A stretch of DNA of 50,036 nt, from the NCBI GenBank assembly GCA_001938485.1, contig MQRK01212652.1, positions 1 through 50,036 on the forward strand. The letters run 5' to 3'. The notes under the pieces were generated by a model. That model saw nothing but the letters and a program-made list of their open reading frames with translations. It did not search any database and was not told where the DNA came from. Positions 36,782 through 48,933 of this stretch are shown in pieces. Source of the DNA: Girardia tigrina (lineage: Eukaryota). A program made the translations under genes and the position numbers. Positions within the stretch are counted from its first letter, which is position 1, and each line of letters starts with the position of its first letter.

Positions 36782-36855
36782 CACTTTGAGTGCGACATGA
36801 CGCAGACATCTGCGTCATATGAGTATTACAGATGAATATCACCGCACTCAAAGTG
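36782..36855. mobile_element. 74-bp piggyBac-like MITE in intron 2
   Basis: TTAA | CACTTTGAGTGCG ... CGCACTCAAAGTG | TTAA, with the internal palindrome ATGACGCAGA-CA-TCTGCGTCAT. Confidence 0.85.
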
Positions 36856-36954
36856 TTAAATATTTCTTCAGTTAAACTTTTTTATTTTTTAAATGGTTAC
36901 TGACATTTAAAAAATTTTACGTAATTTTTCCTTGAGCACTAATATTGAAAAATG

Positions 36955-37404
36955 GGTGACAAGACAATTGTGTACATAAAAATTGCGTAAAGGACAATTA
37001 TGTAAAGATTATTAAATTATTATTGTTAAATTATTGATGGTTTTGAATGAAATGATGACACCTATATATAATTCAAATATTTCACAAATTCAGTTTAATT
37101 AACAGTTAATTTTATTTTTAAAATAACACGTTAAATATTTTTTTCATTAATAATTTATTGAAAATTATTCATAAAATTAATTTGATTAAAATTTTTAATA
37201 AAATTATTGATTAAATATTTGAGTTTTTCGTCCTCAATATTATATCCATTGACTTCAATCGGTAAGGGTTTAAGGTTAGGGTTAGAGTTTCGGTTGTGGT
37301 TAGGGATTAATGTAACGGTGTACTTCATGATATTAAATAATCTGTTTTTAAAGTTATAAATTCTTATGTACGCAATTGTTCATGTAAGCAATTGTCACGG
37401 AACC
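36955..37404. mobile_element. Non-autonomous Mutator-like element, 450 bp, in intron 2
   Basis: Exact 9-bp TSD TGAAAAATG (36946-36954 and 37405-37413). Ends GGTGACAAGACAATTG / CAATTGTCACGGAACC, subterminal ACAATTGYGTACAT-type repeats, and an internal GGTTAG tract. Confidence 0.8.
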
Positions 37405-37829
37405 TGAAAAATGTATCGGGATTATTTTAGTAGTAAATATATGTTGCTGATTCTATGCTTAGTGACCACAATTTCAAAACTTCAATTGTAAACATAGATG
37501 TTCCAGGAAATTAAATTAAAAATTTAAATAACCATTTCAACAATTCTTGTTTAAGAAGGTCTCACGTTTGTCTATGCATTCTAAGCGAATCTAATTGACA
37601 TTAATTAATTTAATAAAGATTTGGTGATATTTAGTAATGTTGATTTGATTTATGTACCAAAATTAATAATCCTTTACATTAAGATAAAATATCATTTATG
37701 TTAAGACAAACTAAATAAAAGTTAAATTATTATTTTATTCATTACGTCTTTAATTTCTCAATATCGCATTACTTATAAATATAAGTAGTGAATTTTAAAT
37801 AATAAATAATTTCTAAATGATAATTCTAG

Positions 37830-38474
37830 GTGAAAATCTGGTTTCAGAACCATCGTTACAAGTGCAAACGGTCTCAGAAAGACATTGAAAAAGATCAACA
37901 GAAAAGAGAAATGACGGGAATCAGCACAATCCATAGTCCGGTGGACAGTGTTGCCAGTAATGACCACTGTGAGACCAGGCACAGCGTTTGCAATTTATTT
38001 CCCAACCAACAATCCAAAAGCGTTTCATCACCAATAGTAAAAAACACAGAAAACTTAGTGGAAAATTCCTTATCTCAAGTTAAAGTGGAAGATCAAAGTG
38101 AAATGTCTTTTGCTTTTTCTAAAGTTATATTACCGGGAAAATTCACAGAAAAACCGAATGAATCTCAAATAAAAGATGGCCTAACATCCAGTACAACGAT
38201 GGACTGTCCGAGTATGTCTCAATACTATCAGCATCTGCAATCCAGATACAGTTATAATATCAATATATCCGACTTGAGAGCTCCTTCACTCATCCCTGAT
38301 TTGGATTCTATCAATAAATCTGAATCTTCTTTAGTTTTTCCTTCCATATTTACTAGCACTGAACAATTGTTACCAATAATTTCAGAATCAGGATCCATAT
38401 ATCCTTCAGAATTTCCCAATTTACCATTTCCCAACAACGACTCCTATCACTTTAGCACCAACAAACCGTGGTGA
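37830..38474 (+). CDS. nkx2-1: NK2.1-class homeobox gene, coding exon 3 (homeodomain 45-60 and C-terminus)
   Basis: Acceptor TTCTAG at 37829, then VKIWFQNHRYKCKRSQKD with the NK2-diagnostic Tyr54. Ends TNKPW*. The joined CDS is 1167 nt (388 aa). Confidence 0.95.
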   Translation: MKIWFQNHRYKCKRSQKDIEKDQQKREMTGISTIHSPVDSVASNDHCETRHSVCNLFPNQQSKSVSSPIVKNTENLVENSLSQVKVEDQSEMSFAFSKVILPGKFTEKPNESQIKDGLTSSTTMDCPSMSQYYQHLQSRYSYNINISDLRAPSLIPDLDSINKSESSLVFPSIFTSTEQLLPIISESGSIYPSEFPNLPFPNNDSYHFSTNKPW

Positions 38475-40097
38475 AATTTATAATTCCTCGAATTATGCTT
38501 CAATTTAACTACTTATTGTTCTGACAGTAAATAGTTATTTGTTTTTGTAAAACTTTAATATAATTTTCTAGTTGATCATCGTTATTGAAAACCAAAAGTC
38601 AAATATAAATGTATAATAATAATGATAATAATATTAAAATACGACACAAAAATAATTATCACGAGATTCAGTCTCCAAACTCAAAATCAATTGTACAGTT
38701 CAGTTTAAAAAATTGAAAAATAATTATGATAATAGCAATAATAACATTAAATAATAATAGCATAAATAGTGACATTAATCTGGACTAAAATGTAATTCCC
38801 ATTATCAGTCAGAACTTGAATGAGGTAAGGAACAATGCCCGATCGAAATTTGCTCATCATAGGACATGCAAAACATCAAAATGTACACAGGTAGATAATC
38901 TAATGGCAATGAATGTCTGAGGATGGATCAGATGATGTCTAGAGACATGTCCAGACTCACATCATCGGCCGGGGCGTATACTATGACAATTACATATCTT
39001 TAAATGATCTTTCAAAACAAAATAAAAAAATTTTAAAATACCAAAATATCGATTATTTGAATTTAAAATACAAAATTTAAAAAAAATAATAATCTGATTA
39101 TTAAAACTTAAATAAATTATTATTATTTGAATCATTATTTTTGATCATTTAAAGTATACTTTTAAAGATAGCAGCTTTCAGTCAACTACACTTTCTGTTT
39201 TTTATACAGTAAGTTTTGTCGTCTTGATAATTTTTTAAACAAATAATCTAAGCTACCTAATATGTCAGAATTTTAAGTCATTCTATGTATTAACAACATC
39301 AATATGCGTTTTGAAACATTTATTATTATCACGAGCGCATTCACTATTTGACATCTCTCTTGATCAATTTATTTCTGAGTTCAAACTAATTATTTTCAAT
39401 AAATGAAAATCTGTTAATAAAAATTATTAATTATAAAGAANNNNNNNNNNNNNNNNNNNNNNNNNNNNNNNNNNNNNNNNNNNNNNNNNNNNNNNNNNNN
39501 NNNNNNNNNNNNNNNNNNNNNNNNNNNNNNNNNNNNNNNNNNNNNNNNNNNNNNNNNNNNNNNNNNNNNNNNNNNNNNNNNNNNNNNNNNNNNNNNNNNN
39601 NNNNNNNNNNNNNNNNNNNNNNNNNNNNNNNNNNNNNNNNNNNNNNNNNNNNNNNNNNNNNNNNNNNNNNNNNNNNNNNNNNNNNNNNNNNNNNNNNNNN
39701 NNNNNNNNNNNNNNNNNNNNNNNNNNNNNNNNNNNNNNNNNNNNNNNNNNNNNNNNNNNNNNNNNNNNNNNNNNNNNNNNNNNNNNNNNNNNNNNNNNNN
39801 NNNNNNNNNNNNNNNNNNNNNNNNNNNNNNNNNNNNNNNNNNNNNNNNNNNNNNNNNNNNNNNNNNNNNNNNNNNNNNNNNNNNNNNNNNNNNNNNNNNN
39901 NNNNNNNNNNNNNNNNNNNNNNNNNNNNNNNNNNNNNNNNNNNNNNNNNNNNNNNNNNNNNNNNNNNNNNNNNNNNNNNNNNNNNNNNNNNNNNNNNNNN
40001 NNNNNNNNNNNNNNNNNNNNNNNNNNNNNNNNNNNNNNNNNNNNNNNNNNNNNNNNNNNNNNNNNNNNNNNNNATACTCGAATAATTATTTATCGTG

Positions 40098-40192
40098 AAC
40101 ATCTAAAATATCAATTTTCCATCTGGGTGGGAGAAACACATTTCCAAATACTAAACTCAACATACAAAATTCAACATACCAAATTTAAAATA
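40098..40192 (+). repeat. Further copy of the CCATCTGGGTGGGAGAAACA element arm
   Basis: Reverse complement match to ~26130-26234. Confidence 0.85.
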
Positions 40193-40272
40193 AAAAATTA
40201 TTTAAAATAAAATAAAATTATTTAATTTAAAATAAAAATTATTTTAAAATTATTATTGTATGGAAAAAATTA

Positions 40273-40448
40273 TTGATATGGAAAATTGTTATAATATCAA
40301 TAAACTATGAACAATGCCTGAGTTCAAAGATTACAGCAGTCGGTTTCTTCAGTTATAAGAAACAGTTGTAAATCTCTGATATAAACCTTGTTTGTATAGA
40401 GAAATATAATAACAAAATCTTATCACAGTGCTTAGACCCTGTGATACT
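40273..40448 (+). repeat. Dispersed ~180-bp repeat, copy 2
   Basis: Matches 22347-22528. Confidence 0.92.
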
Positions 40449-40508
40449 TATTTTCTCTCATTATTATGCATACTTCTACATTCAAATGTGGAATATTTTG
40501 CTGTTGAT

Positions 40509-40767
40509 GAAATTCTATTTGGAATCAATTTAAATTTTTTGTTCTGATTTTAAAGAAAAATTTTAATCAACAGACAACAATTTATCAATATGCACTATTC
40601 TGGAATGTATTTGAAATGTTTTTAATTTATTAAATAATTTACTAAATGTATAAAAACATTTAAAAATACATTCCAGAATCGTGCATATTGATAAATTGTT
40701 GTCTGTTGATTAAAATTTTTCTCTAAAATCAGAACAAAACATTTAAATTGATTCAAAATAGAATTTC
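40509..40767. repeat. 259-bp near-perfect palindrome (foldback)
   Basis: The left arm GAAATTCTATTT...AATCAACAGACAACAATTTATCAATATGCAC.ATTCTGGAATGTATTT is mirrored by the right arm with almost no spacer. Confidence 0.93.
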
Positions 40768-43700
40768 TGTTTCGAAGTATATATTCACAGAAACAATAAA
40801 AACTGCAGTATAATTGCAGTAAGTGATGGAGGGAGGTATAAGAGAGATTTAAATAATTAATCAATCAAGACTAACTAATTAAAACTACAAGTTATTTGAT
40901 TGGTAGAACTAAATTAAAATTGCCGAACTATACATGACGGAAAGGAAAAATGATTACAAAGATAAATATTAACACGAACAGAATGCTACGCTTTTTACTA
41001 TTTCTTTACGTAAATAAACAATAATTAAGAGGAAATTTTGATTCATATTAATCTATATTCCCTTGGGAAAGTAAATCACTGTAGTCAGTGACTGTTGCTG
41101 TTGGAGAACAAAAACTCAAGGATTATAAATATTGTTTTGCAAAGAAATACATTTTAGAATATCATAATTTTGAGAACAAGTTTTGTCGTTTTCTCGCAAA
41201 TTTTGTAATACTGGAAGAGATTTTTGATAAACTAATGGGAAAAATATGCTTGAACGAATCAACAGCACGAGAGACAATTTTTTATATACAGAGAAGATTT
41301 ATAGTATTATCATGTAATAATATAATTACAGATTGTTCGAATGCAAAAGGGACACGAACTAATTGGTAAACAAAATGACTTAAATAAATATGAATAAAAG
41401 TATGTTATCAATTTAATATTATCAATAATCCCATAATAAAATAAGTGATTTATTAATTTCAAAGTATTTTCAAGAATATTTACCATGAAATATAACAATG
41501 AAAAATAACAAACTGTAGACTTTTTAATAAACTGGTTGGTTTTATGATAATAAAAATAATCTTCAAATTTTAGAAACAAGTGAATTTATACAAATATATT
41601 ATTAATATATCATTGAGTATTTTGGATAAAGGTAGTATATATCATTTCCAGTGTCAAAAGTACGAAGTCTTGTAAGAACGAGAAATGTAAAGTTACTTAC
41701 GCTTTAGAATCGTTATAATTAAACACATATTTTCGAAAGAAAATTTCGATCACAATTAACTTTGACGTTAACTTCATCAATAATTCTCTTCGTTAAAATT
41801 GTTTCAGTTTCAAATTGATTTTTAATGAAAGTTTATAAATGATTTTACAGAGATTTTGGATAGTAAAATTAGCATTTATTTAGTGATCTCATGGTTTAAG
41901 CAACTAGTTTTATTTCATTATTTATCTCAAGAACCTTAAGTTATCTGCTGTTTATGCAGAAACAAGAGTTAGGTTGAAATATTTTGTTTCTATTAAAATA
42001 TTCCTTTTGTTATTGAATGACAATAATAAATATTTCAAATGCCTAAATAACACCTTTGTGGATTATAATGGCAAAATGAATGTTTCAATTTACAATTAAC
42101 TGAACTTAAATCACAGTGTCAAAATAAAAGTTATACACGATCGAATTAGAATGTCCTAAAGCTTGAAAAATATTACAAAAATAGAATTTCTTAAATATCT
42201 AAAAAATATTGAAATGTATTTGTACAAAAGTAGAATAATAAAATTATTGTTGAAACCTAGGAACTTTCGATCATTAAATTGTATTTGATAAGACAGAAAT
42301 CACCAAAATGCAAATGAAGATTAATAATTTGTGGATATTTCCATTTTCAAATGTTTGCGTGGGTTCGAACCATTATACTAATTCTAGCACTGGTAGTAGC
42401 CCCTTGTTGCTTTTAATACATCAAAATTCATTCGTCAAATAAATCGAACCTTCTACTTTAACGAGGAAAAACATTCTGTCAATCTTTAAGAAAAGATATA
42501 TTAATTGGTGTTCGTCAGTAACTAACCTTTCGTTGAGAAGAACAAGTCACAGATTTGTAAGTTCTATATTGAAAGAAAATGGTGACTTATATCAATTTTA
42601 AAATGAGATTAAAAATTTGTTTTGAAATTTCAGAAACAAAAATAATTGTCAGAAAAAAATAATTAAATAAACCTACTTAATTTCTGTGGCATAACTTTAA
42701 TTAAGATTCAAAAATTATGATACGACAATAAACTAAACTGTATTGAGACAGAAACATAATCTAAATTTTATGGATTATCATAACAAAGTTGTTATTGTTA
42801 AGATTAAAATATAGACTTTAATTTTTTTAAAAATCCTGAACTATATGTTATATATGATATCTATTCGCATCTATAATCATATTTTTTGCCTCAGTAAAAA
42901 ATTATTATTTTATACATGTTTTATATGTATCAGAAGCAGTGGCGCAAATCCAAGGGGGGCACCGGGGCCTTGGACCCCCTAACACAAACAGAGAGGGGCC
43001 ACCATGTTAAAGAAGTACATTAAAAAGTACATAATAGATTAAAGCCCCTGCTTCAGTCAACCAGACTTAGTTTCAGGATATTCAGCCACGTGCGCTCTTT
43101 CTTCACTGTCAAGCTCACTACCTAACCTTGGTAATTCAAGATGCCGTAAACGCAGTGAAAGGCCTAGATGATTTCATAAATCTAATCAAAGATTTAATCA
43201 ACTTTGTCCGCTCCTCACCCAAACATCTGGTTCATTTCAGGAACATTGCTGTCAATTTAGAAATGGCAAATGCCAAACTCCGCCACCTTTGTCCTACCCC
43301 CTAGAATTTACGTTTACGTTCACTGGTGTTTAATAAAGAGTTTGCTCAACCACTGATGAAACTTCTGGAGGAATTAACAGAAGAAAGTACAATGGAAGGG
43401 GAAGTGCGTGCCAAAGCCTCAGGATTCAGCTCCGTTATGGCGACGATCGACTTTGTTTTTTGGCTTATAGTGTCAATAGAACTGTTTGAGTACATAACAA
43501 AGCTCAGCAGGCTGTTCCAAATAACGACCCTCCGTACAGAGCAAGGAAAAGAAGCTGAAAACATCACTCTTAAGATTTTGATGGCTTACAGAAGAGAAGA
43601 ACAGTTCAACAATGTTTGGAATGAAGCTCTTGACCTGCAGGAAAAGCTAGGGGCTGTGAGACCTACTCTGTCACACCAAAGACAGATTCCAGCTCGATTC

Positions 43701-43985
43701 TATGGTCCTGCTCTAATATACCAACCAATGGGACCTGTGAAACACTATCGAATACAGTACTGAGAAGTTCTTGACCATGCAATTACTTCAATGGAATCTC
43801 GTTTCACTTGCCAGGAGCACATCGTTGTTGAATCTATGGAGAGCATTATCCTACTCCAACGATGTGAATGTTAATCGTCTGAAGAATCAGCCATTTGTAC
43901 AGGAAAATCTACCAAATGCAACATCCGTGACAAATATGAAGCTCGCTATCGATGCCTTCCATGACCTTGGTCGGTCAAGAGCGCT

Positions 43986-45679
43986 TGGTGCGGGACTGGT
44001 ACAGTGGATATGTAGTTGCAGCGCCTTTGGATTGATGGGTGGACTTCGGGTCATGGGGAGGTACAAATAGATACCTTTAATTTGTATAATCCGGGGGGCT
44101 CGGTCGATCGGATTCCGTTGCCGCCGCTGATTTTCATCTGCATTGTGTCGGCCACCAAATACACCGAATCGAGCTCGACACAGAGCTGACCGGTCATCAT
44201 CGATTTAAAAGATAATTGCAATTGTAAACTGGAGTTAATCTCGAGACTACTCCAGTTGAAAAGTAATCCGACCATTTGATAATTAGAGGAGCGCCACACA
44301 TTAAGAAACTCGCAGCCAGGATATGGCAGACTGATCACGTTAAATTCGCGATACCGATCGACTTTTCTGATGAGCTGATTTGTAGTCCAAATATCATCTT
44401 TTATTCTCCAACATCAATTCGAAGATATATTTGATCTTAAATGTTTCCAGAAGTTTTTTGTCACCGCCCCTAATTTGATCAAACGTGTCCTCGGTCAAAC
44501 GCGCTTGGCCTCGGTCACTCTCGCTATTTCCGCCTCCACTACTGTCGAATACGGACTGGAAATACTGCTATCCGTATATTTCAAATATACCACTGAGTGT
44601 GCTCGACCGACATATAAATTTATTGCGATATGTCATTGTTGGAACCGCAAACCATATCTAGCAGCGCTTGTTCAGCGATCGGTAAAAGACGATAGACTTT
44701 CCTCGTCAGTCGATAATTTCTGATACAGAACAACGATATGAGACGGATAATGCGAACAGAAAATCTCGTCGTAATTATTAATCAATTGGCAAATGTAATT
44801 CTATGAGAACAATTCTTCACAGATTTTATTAATCCTTGTCGCATCAGTTTGAATAAATTGATCAAAAAACTCTCGTGGAACACAAATCACAATCGACCAT
44901 CGTATTTGGACTTAGAAAACAATGACAATTCAATTTTTCGGTCAAATTGGTGACGTCTAATCAGATAATTCAAATTTTCTAAATTGAATTTTTTCTTTCA
45001 AATTCAAAACCGAAAGATTGGCTTTCAAACAATTCGGATTGTCGATTTTTTTTACGTTTTTATTAAAATTTGTTGTCAGTTTATTCAAAGTTCGATTTTC
45101 ATCCCAATGAATATTTTCAATGTTTTTCATTGAACTGAAACGTCTCTGGATTTTTTTATTCACGAATTCAGCGTTACAACACTCCTCAAATAACACAAAA
45201 TGAAAGGAAGCTCCAAAATTTTTTATTTTATTTCTTAATCAAAATATCAACAAAATGACAATTTTTGATTAAACTAATTCGATAAAACAAATCGAATTTT
45301 AACATTAAATTTTTTTTACAAATTTCAAATCGAATTTTTTTTGTGAAATTAATTTTTATAAAAAAACAAATAATTGATTGAAATCAACAAAAATTCAATT
45401 TTTTAATAAAATTTTAATCAAAGTTTTCAAATTCCCTTAAGATAAAAATTGAGTCAAATATTGATTCCGAAATTGTTCGTTTTAATTCATTTTGGAATTT
45501 GAATAATTTATTTTTCTTAAAATTTCTTTCGAATAAAATTAGATAGAAAAAATCAGAATTTCAATTTCAACCATTTTTGATGGTTTAAGATCATGCAAAT
45601 TACGAAGAATTAGTTGTTCGAATTCCAAATATTCTTTTAACATTTCTATCAGATAGTAATTAAAATTTATCGCAAAACA
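43986..45679. other. 1694-bp insert with TG...CA ends and 5-bp TSD GCGCT, carrying host-gene DNA
   Basis: GCGCT at 43981-43985 and 45680-45684. Removing the insert and one repeat restores the hAT frame R-A-L-I-P-Q-V. Confidence 0.85.
44200..44900 (-). pseudogene. MTMR14: Myotubularin-related protein 14 (Jumpy/EDTP) 5' half, frameshifted
   Basis: Minus-strand pieces ICEELFS*NY, FCSHYPSHIVVL, FAVPTMTYRNKFICRSSTLSGIFEIYG, FDQIRGGDKKLL..IKYIFELMLENK, FGLQISSSEK and RYREFNVISLPYPGCEF...GLLFNW. These match recalled MTMR14 motifs (CGHYPRHIV, ICRSATLAG, FDKVRGYDIKLL, DLMVENKK, TSSEK, SIPYPGCEF, GLIFNW) in order. Confidence 0.88.
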
Positions 45680-48136
45680 GCGCTCATACCTCAAGTTATT
45701 CGTTTGGTTCAAATCTATGACTTTTCCAGCATCAAACGGAAATTTAGAGCGTACATTTTCTGTACTACGACGCATCAAATCCTATATTCGCTTCAAAATG
45801 TCACAGAAGAGACTAAATCACCTACTTGTTTTGAATGTGTACAAAGAGCTTCTAGACTTTCTTGAAATTGTCTCAATTCTGCGCTCATTTATAATGGTGA
45901 ATGATATCCGTAGCAATACCTTTGCAATGTCATAGTTTTGATTGTCGCAATTGTCATATTTCATTTTGAAATGTGCAGGGCATCATTCGCAAAGACAGTT
46001 GATTTTGTCTCACCAAAGTGTGTGCATAAACGTTGTTGTAGTAACCTACCACTACTATAATAATTATGAATAAATTATTTATAATAGATCCAATAAAATG
46101 AATATGAAGAAATAATCAGATGTTTGGATTTATTCGTACTTTTATTGTGGGTTCAGTCATGGGATGCGTATTACGTCAAATTTATAGCTTATTGTAACTT
46201 GGATTATGTTTCACGACATTCTCGATACTCTTCGTGACCCGTGTGACAATGGGAATGACATTCACCACCAAATACCACCATCTCATCAGACAGGAACCGC
46301 TCAAATTGCAATTATTCGGATCCTTGAACTGTATCATGATATTTGCCATTTCAATGTTGGCAGTTTTGATAATGCTGATTAAAGTACATCGATTTCGAAC
46401 TAGGTATAATTTATTGGTGCCCGTTATCGCAAAAATACAAATGATATTTCTATTAACCTTTCAAACTCTAACGATTAGAAAGAACGATTATTCAAATGGC
46501 AACTTCAACTATAGCTTTCAGCGTTCAACTTTAAAATGAAGTCAAAGAATTAATTGATGATTGCCAACAACAGAACATGATGTGACATCATATGCCGAAA
46601 TAATACAATTCTAAGGTTCCTATTCAGTGCCTAAATGTTCTGGACCAGCCGATGTCTGTGGATTTCGGTCGGATTGAGAAAATACACAAAATTGTTTTTC
46701 CAAGATATAATTTTTAAATATTCAAGTAACTAATTCGGATAATTTAAAATTATAAATAGTAATCAATTAAATGATGCAAACCTACAAAAGTTTTGGTAAT
46801 GATAAAATAATATAAATTAAATAATATTTTGTAAGGATTCCTGTCGGATATTATTTACTTCATTCATTATAAGATTGTATTTGAAATTGATAAAAAAATC
46901 AAATAGCCATTTTCTTTCCTTTGCCAATTGAATTGACATTTTCAGTTTTTTTTGAATATTGTCGTAAATAAAATCAATTGGTAACAATGGTTTATCTTGA
47001 AAATTTACTGAAATATCTTTAATCAATTATAACTAGAAAAATCCGTATTAATGTTCAAGTGATCCGCGTAATAAAAAAAGTAGTGTTCACTAAATAGTCG
47101 AAATGGAAAGTAGTGTGACCTATGGATTTCTAATGATAAACTACATCGTAGAATGCAACCATCAAATTATATTTATTGAATTTCTAAATAAAAAATTATA
47201 TAATGTGACTCGAGTAGCATCCAATAAATTATTTTTTATATAATAATTGAGGAAATTCTATTGATTCTAGATTCATTAGTTCAATATTACGAATTAATAT
47301 CAGAGTCATTTGTTTGAAGACTCTAATCATGGTATGAGATGTATTTTCTATGGAATGTCATGAATTAATAATCAGAAAACATGTGTTATTTATCAAGATT
47401 CTATAAATAATTTATATTCAAGTCGGTTGTTGACCCTATCTGCGATGAAGTTACGACCATTACGTTCTACATAATGCATTCAATAGTTTATGAAAACGAG
47501 AAACTGATTTTAAATTTAGATTCAATCTCAGGGCATTATTTAATATTTAAATGAAACATTAATATAAAGAAGCAACCAACCATTAAGAACATAATCAGTG
47601 AAAAGTTGATTAAATTTTGAAGAATTGACAAGCATAGCCTGTAGCATTTGGTTAAATATGGCCAATATTTCTCTGTTCAGTCTCAAATACGGATGGACAG
47701 GAATAGAAACGCCTAAGCTTCTCTAAATGTTTAAAACAAATATATATATATGTGTGTTTACAAGAATAATTGTATTATTTATTTAACCCTATTGAAATAT
47801 TGTGTTAATTCAAATCAATCAGTCATTTGTTTTGATAAATATTCCAATTTAAATATAAATAACGTTTAAAATGTATAATCGTTTGATTGGTCATGTAAAA
47901 CATTAACTTAATTTTGTATCCTAACAGCACGAGTATCAAAATTACAGAGACTATTAAAAACAAATAAATATATTTTTGGTAGTCAATAGATTAATTAAGG
48001 TTATTTATTAATTAAAGAAATGTTTTGAGTAAAATATCAAAAATCTATTGAAATGTGATAAAATTTTCACGAAAATCCGTGTAGGAATCGTCAAAATCGC
48101 CATTATTTGAAATCGGTGTTAATTTAACCATTTTTT

Positions 48137-48255
48137 GGGGCCTCCCATCTCTTTCAAGAATGGTATTGAGCCTATAAGCTCTTTAGATGGTCCACCCAAA
48201 CCAAATAAGTCTATAAGCTTCCCGATAGGCCTCCTACAGGGACGTCAGCCTTTCG
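48137..48255 (-). mobile_element. Severely 5'-truncated LINE insertion (3' tail only)
   Basis: The reverse complement aligns with 13431-13549 (CGAAAGGCTGACGTCCC.GTAGGAG.CCTATCGGG...ATACCATTCTTG..AGAGATGG.AGGCCC). It is followed on the minus strand by A6. Confidence 0.8.
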
Positions 48256-48501
48256 CTTCAGTGCACGCTTTGAATTTATATGTATATGTATATATATTGG
48301 TATATGAAATTGCAAGACAAACGAATATTATTCTACGAGAATATCAAATACCAGTCCATGTTCCCTCTGTTCCACCATCAACAAGCATCAAACTGTCGTT
48401 GATTAAAACTCTTAACGGACATTAGAGGAAAAATTAGTCATACATATAATATTTGTCTAAAAAGTGTGTTTGCTTGTTTGTCGGTCACGCTTTTAAATGT
48501 G

Positions 48502-48933
48502 AAATTGTGGAGGAACCAGAGTGAATCCATTTAAGGAGGTCAATCCATTAAGGGGGTCAATCTGGATTGCTCGCATCAATACAATTCTATCGGTGCAGCA
48601 CCTTCGCCGAAAGATGCCAGGAAGCGGACGAAATCGATCGAAAATCGTGCAGGTCATTAAAAAGTTAAATCAACACCAATTTCGAATAATGACGATTTGG
48701 ATAATTCGTACAAGGAATTTCGTGAAAATACTAATAAAATACTAATTTATTTGATAAATAACGATTTTATCACTTATTTACTAATTATTTTGCTAAAAAT
48801 CAATTTTGTATAAATTACAAATTTTCGTTATTAAAAAATAATATCAACAAATAAAATGCAAAATTGTGGAGGGACCGGAGTAAATCCCTTTAAGGACGTG
48901 GTCAATATGGATAGCCCGCATCGAGACAATTCT
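48502..48933 (+). repeat. Two imperfect ~75-85 bp direct repeats
   Basis: AAATTGTGGAGG.ACC.GAGT.AATCC.TTTAAGGA...GTCAAT.TGGAT.GC.CGCATC...ACAATTCT at ~48502 and ~48860. Confidence 0.75.

Larger units (their letters stand above)
42937..45935 (+). mobile_element. Defective hAT transposon (ZMYM1/THAP12-type transposase) split by a 1.7-kb insert
   Basis: Terminus CAGTGGCGCAAATCCAAGGGGGG. Encodes LITFVRSSPK..LRHLCPTP, VRAKASGF..FVFWL, HYRIQY*EVLD..SMESRF. After the insert: ALIPQVIRLVQI/MTFPASNGNLERTFSVLRRIKSYIRFKMSQKRLNHL. Right TIR not found. Confidence 0.9.

Noticed and set aside
37262-37310. True telomere
   Set aside because: Short, degenerate and internal to a TSD-flanked element.
39431-40102. 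223-aa ORF in the track
   Set aside because: Artefact of reading through an N-gap.
43990-44025. Minus-strand LHIHCTS as the MTMR14 catalytic HCISGWDR motif
   Set aside because: GWDR is absent and the intervening sequence does not align convincingly, so it may be chance.
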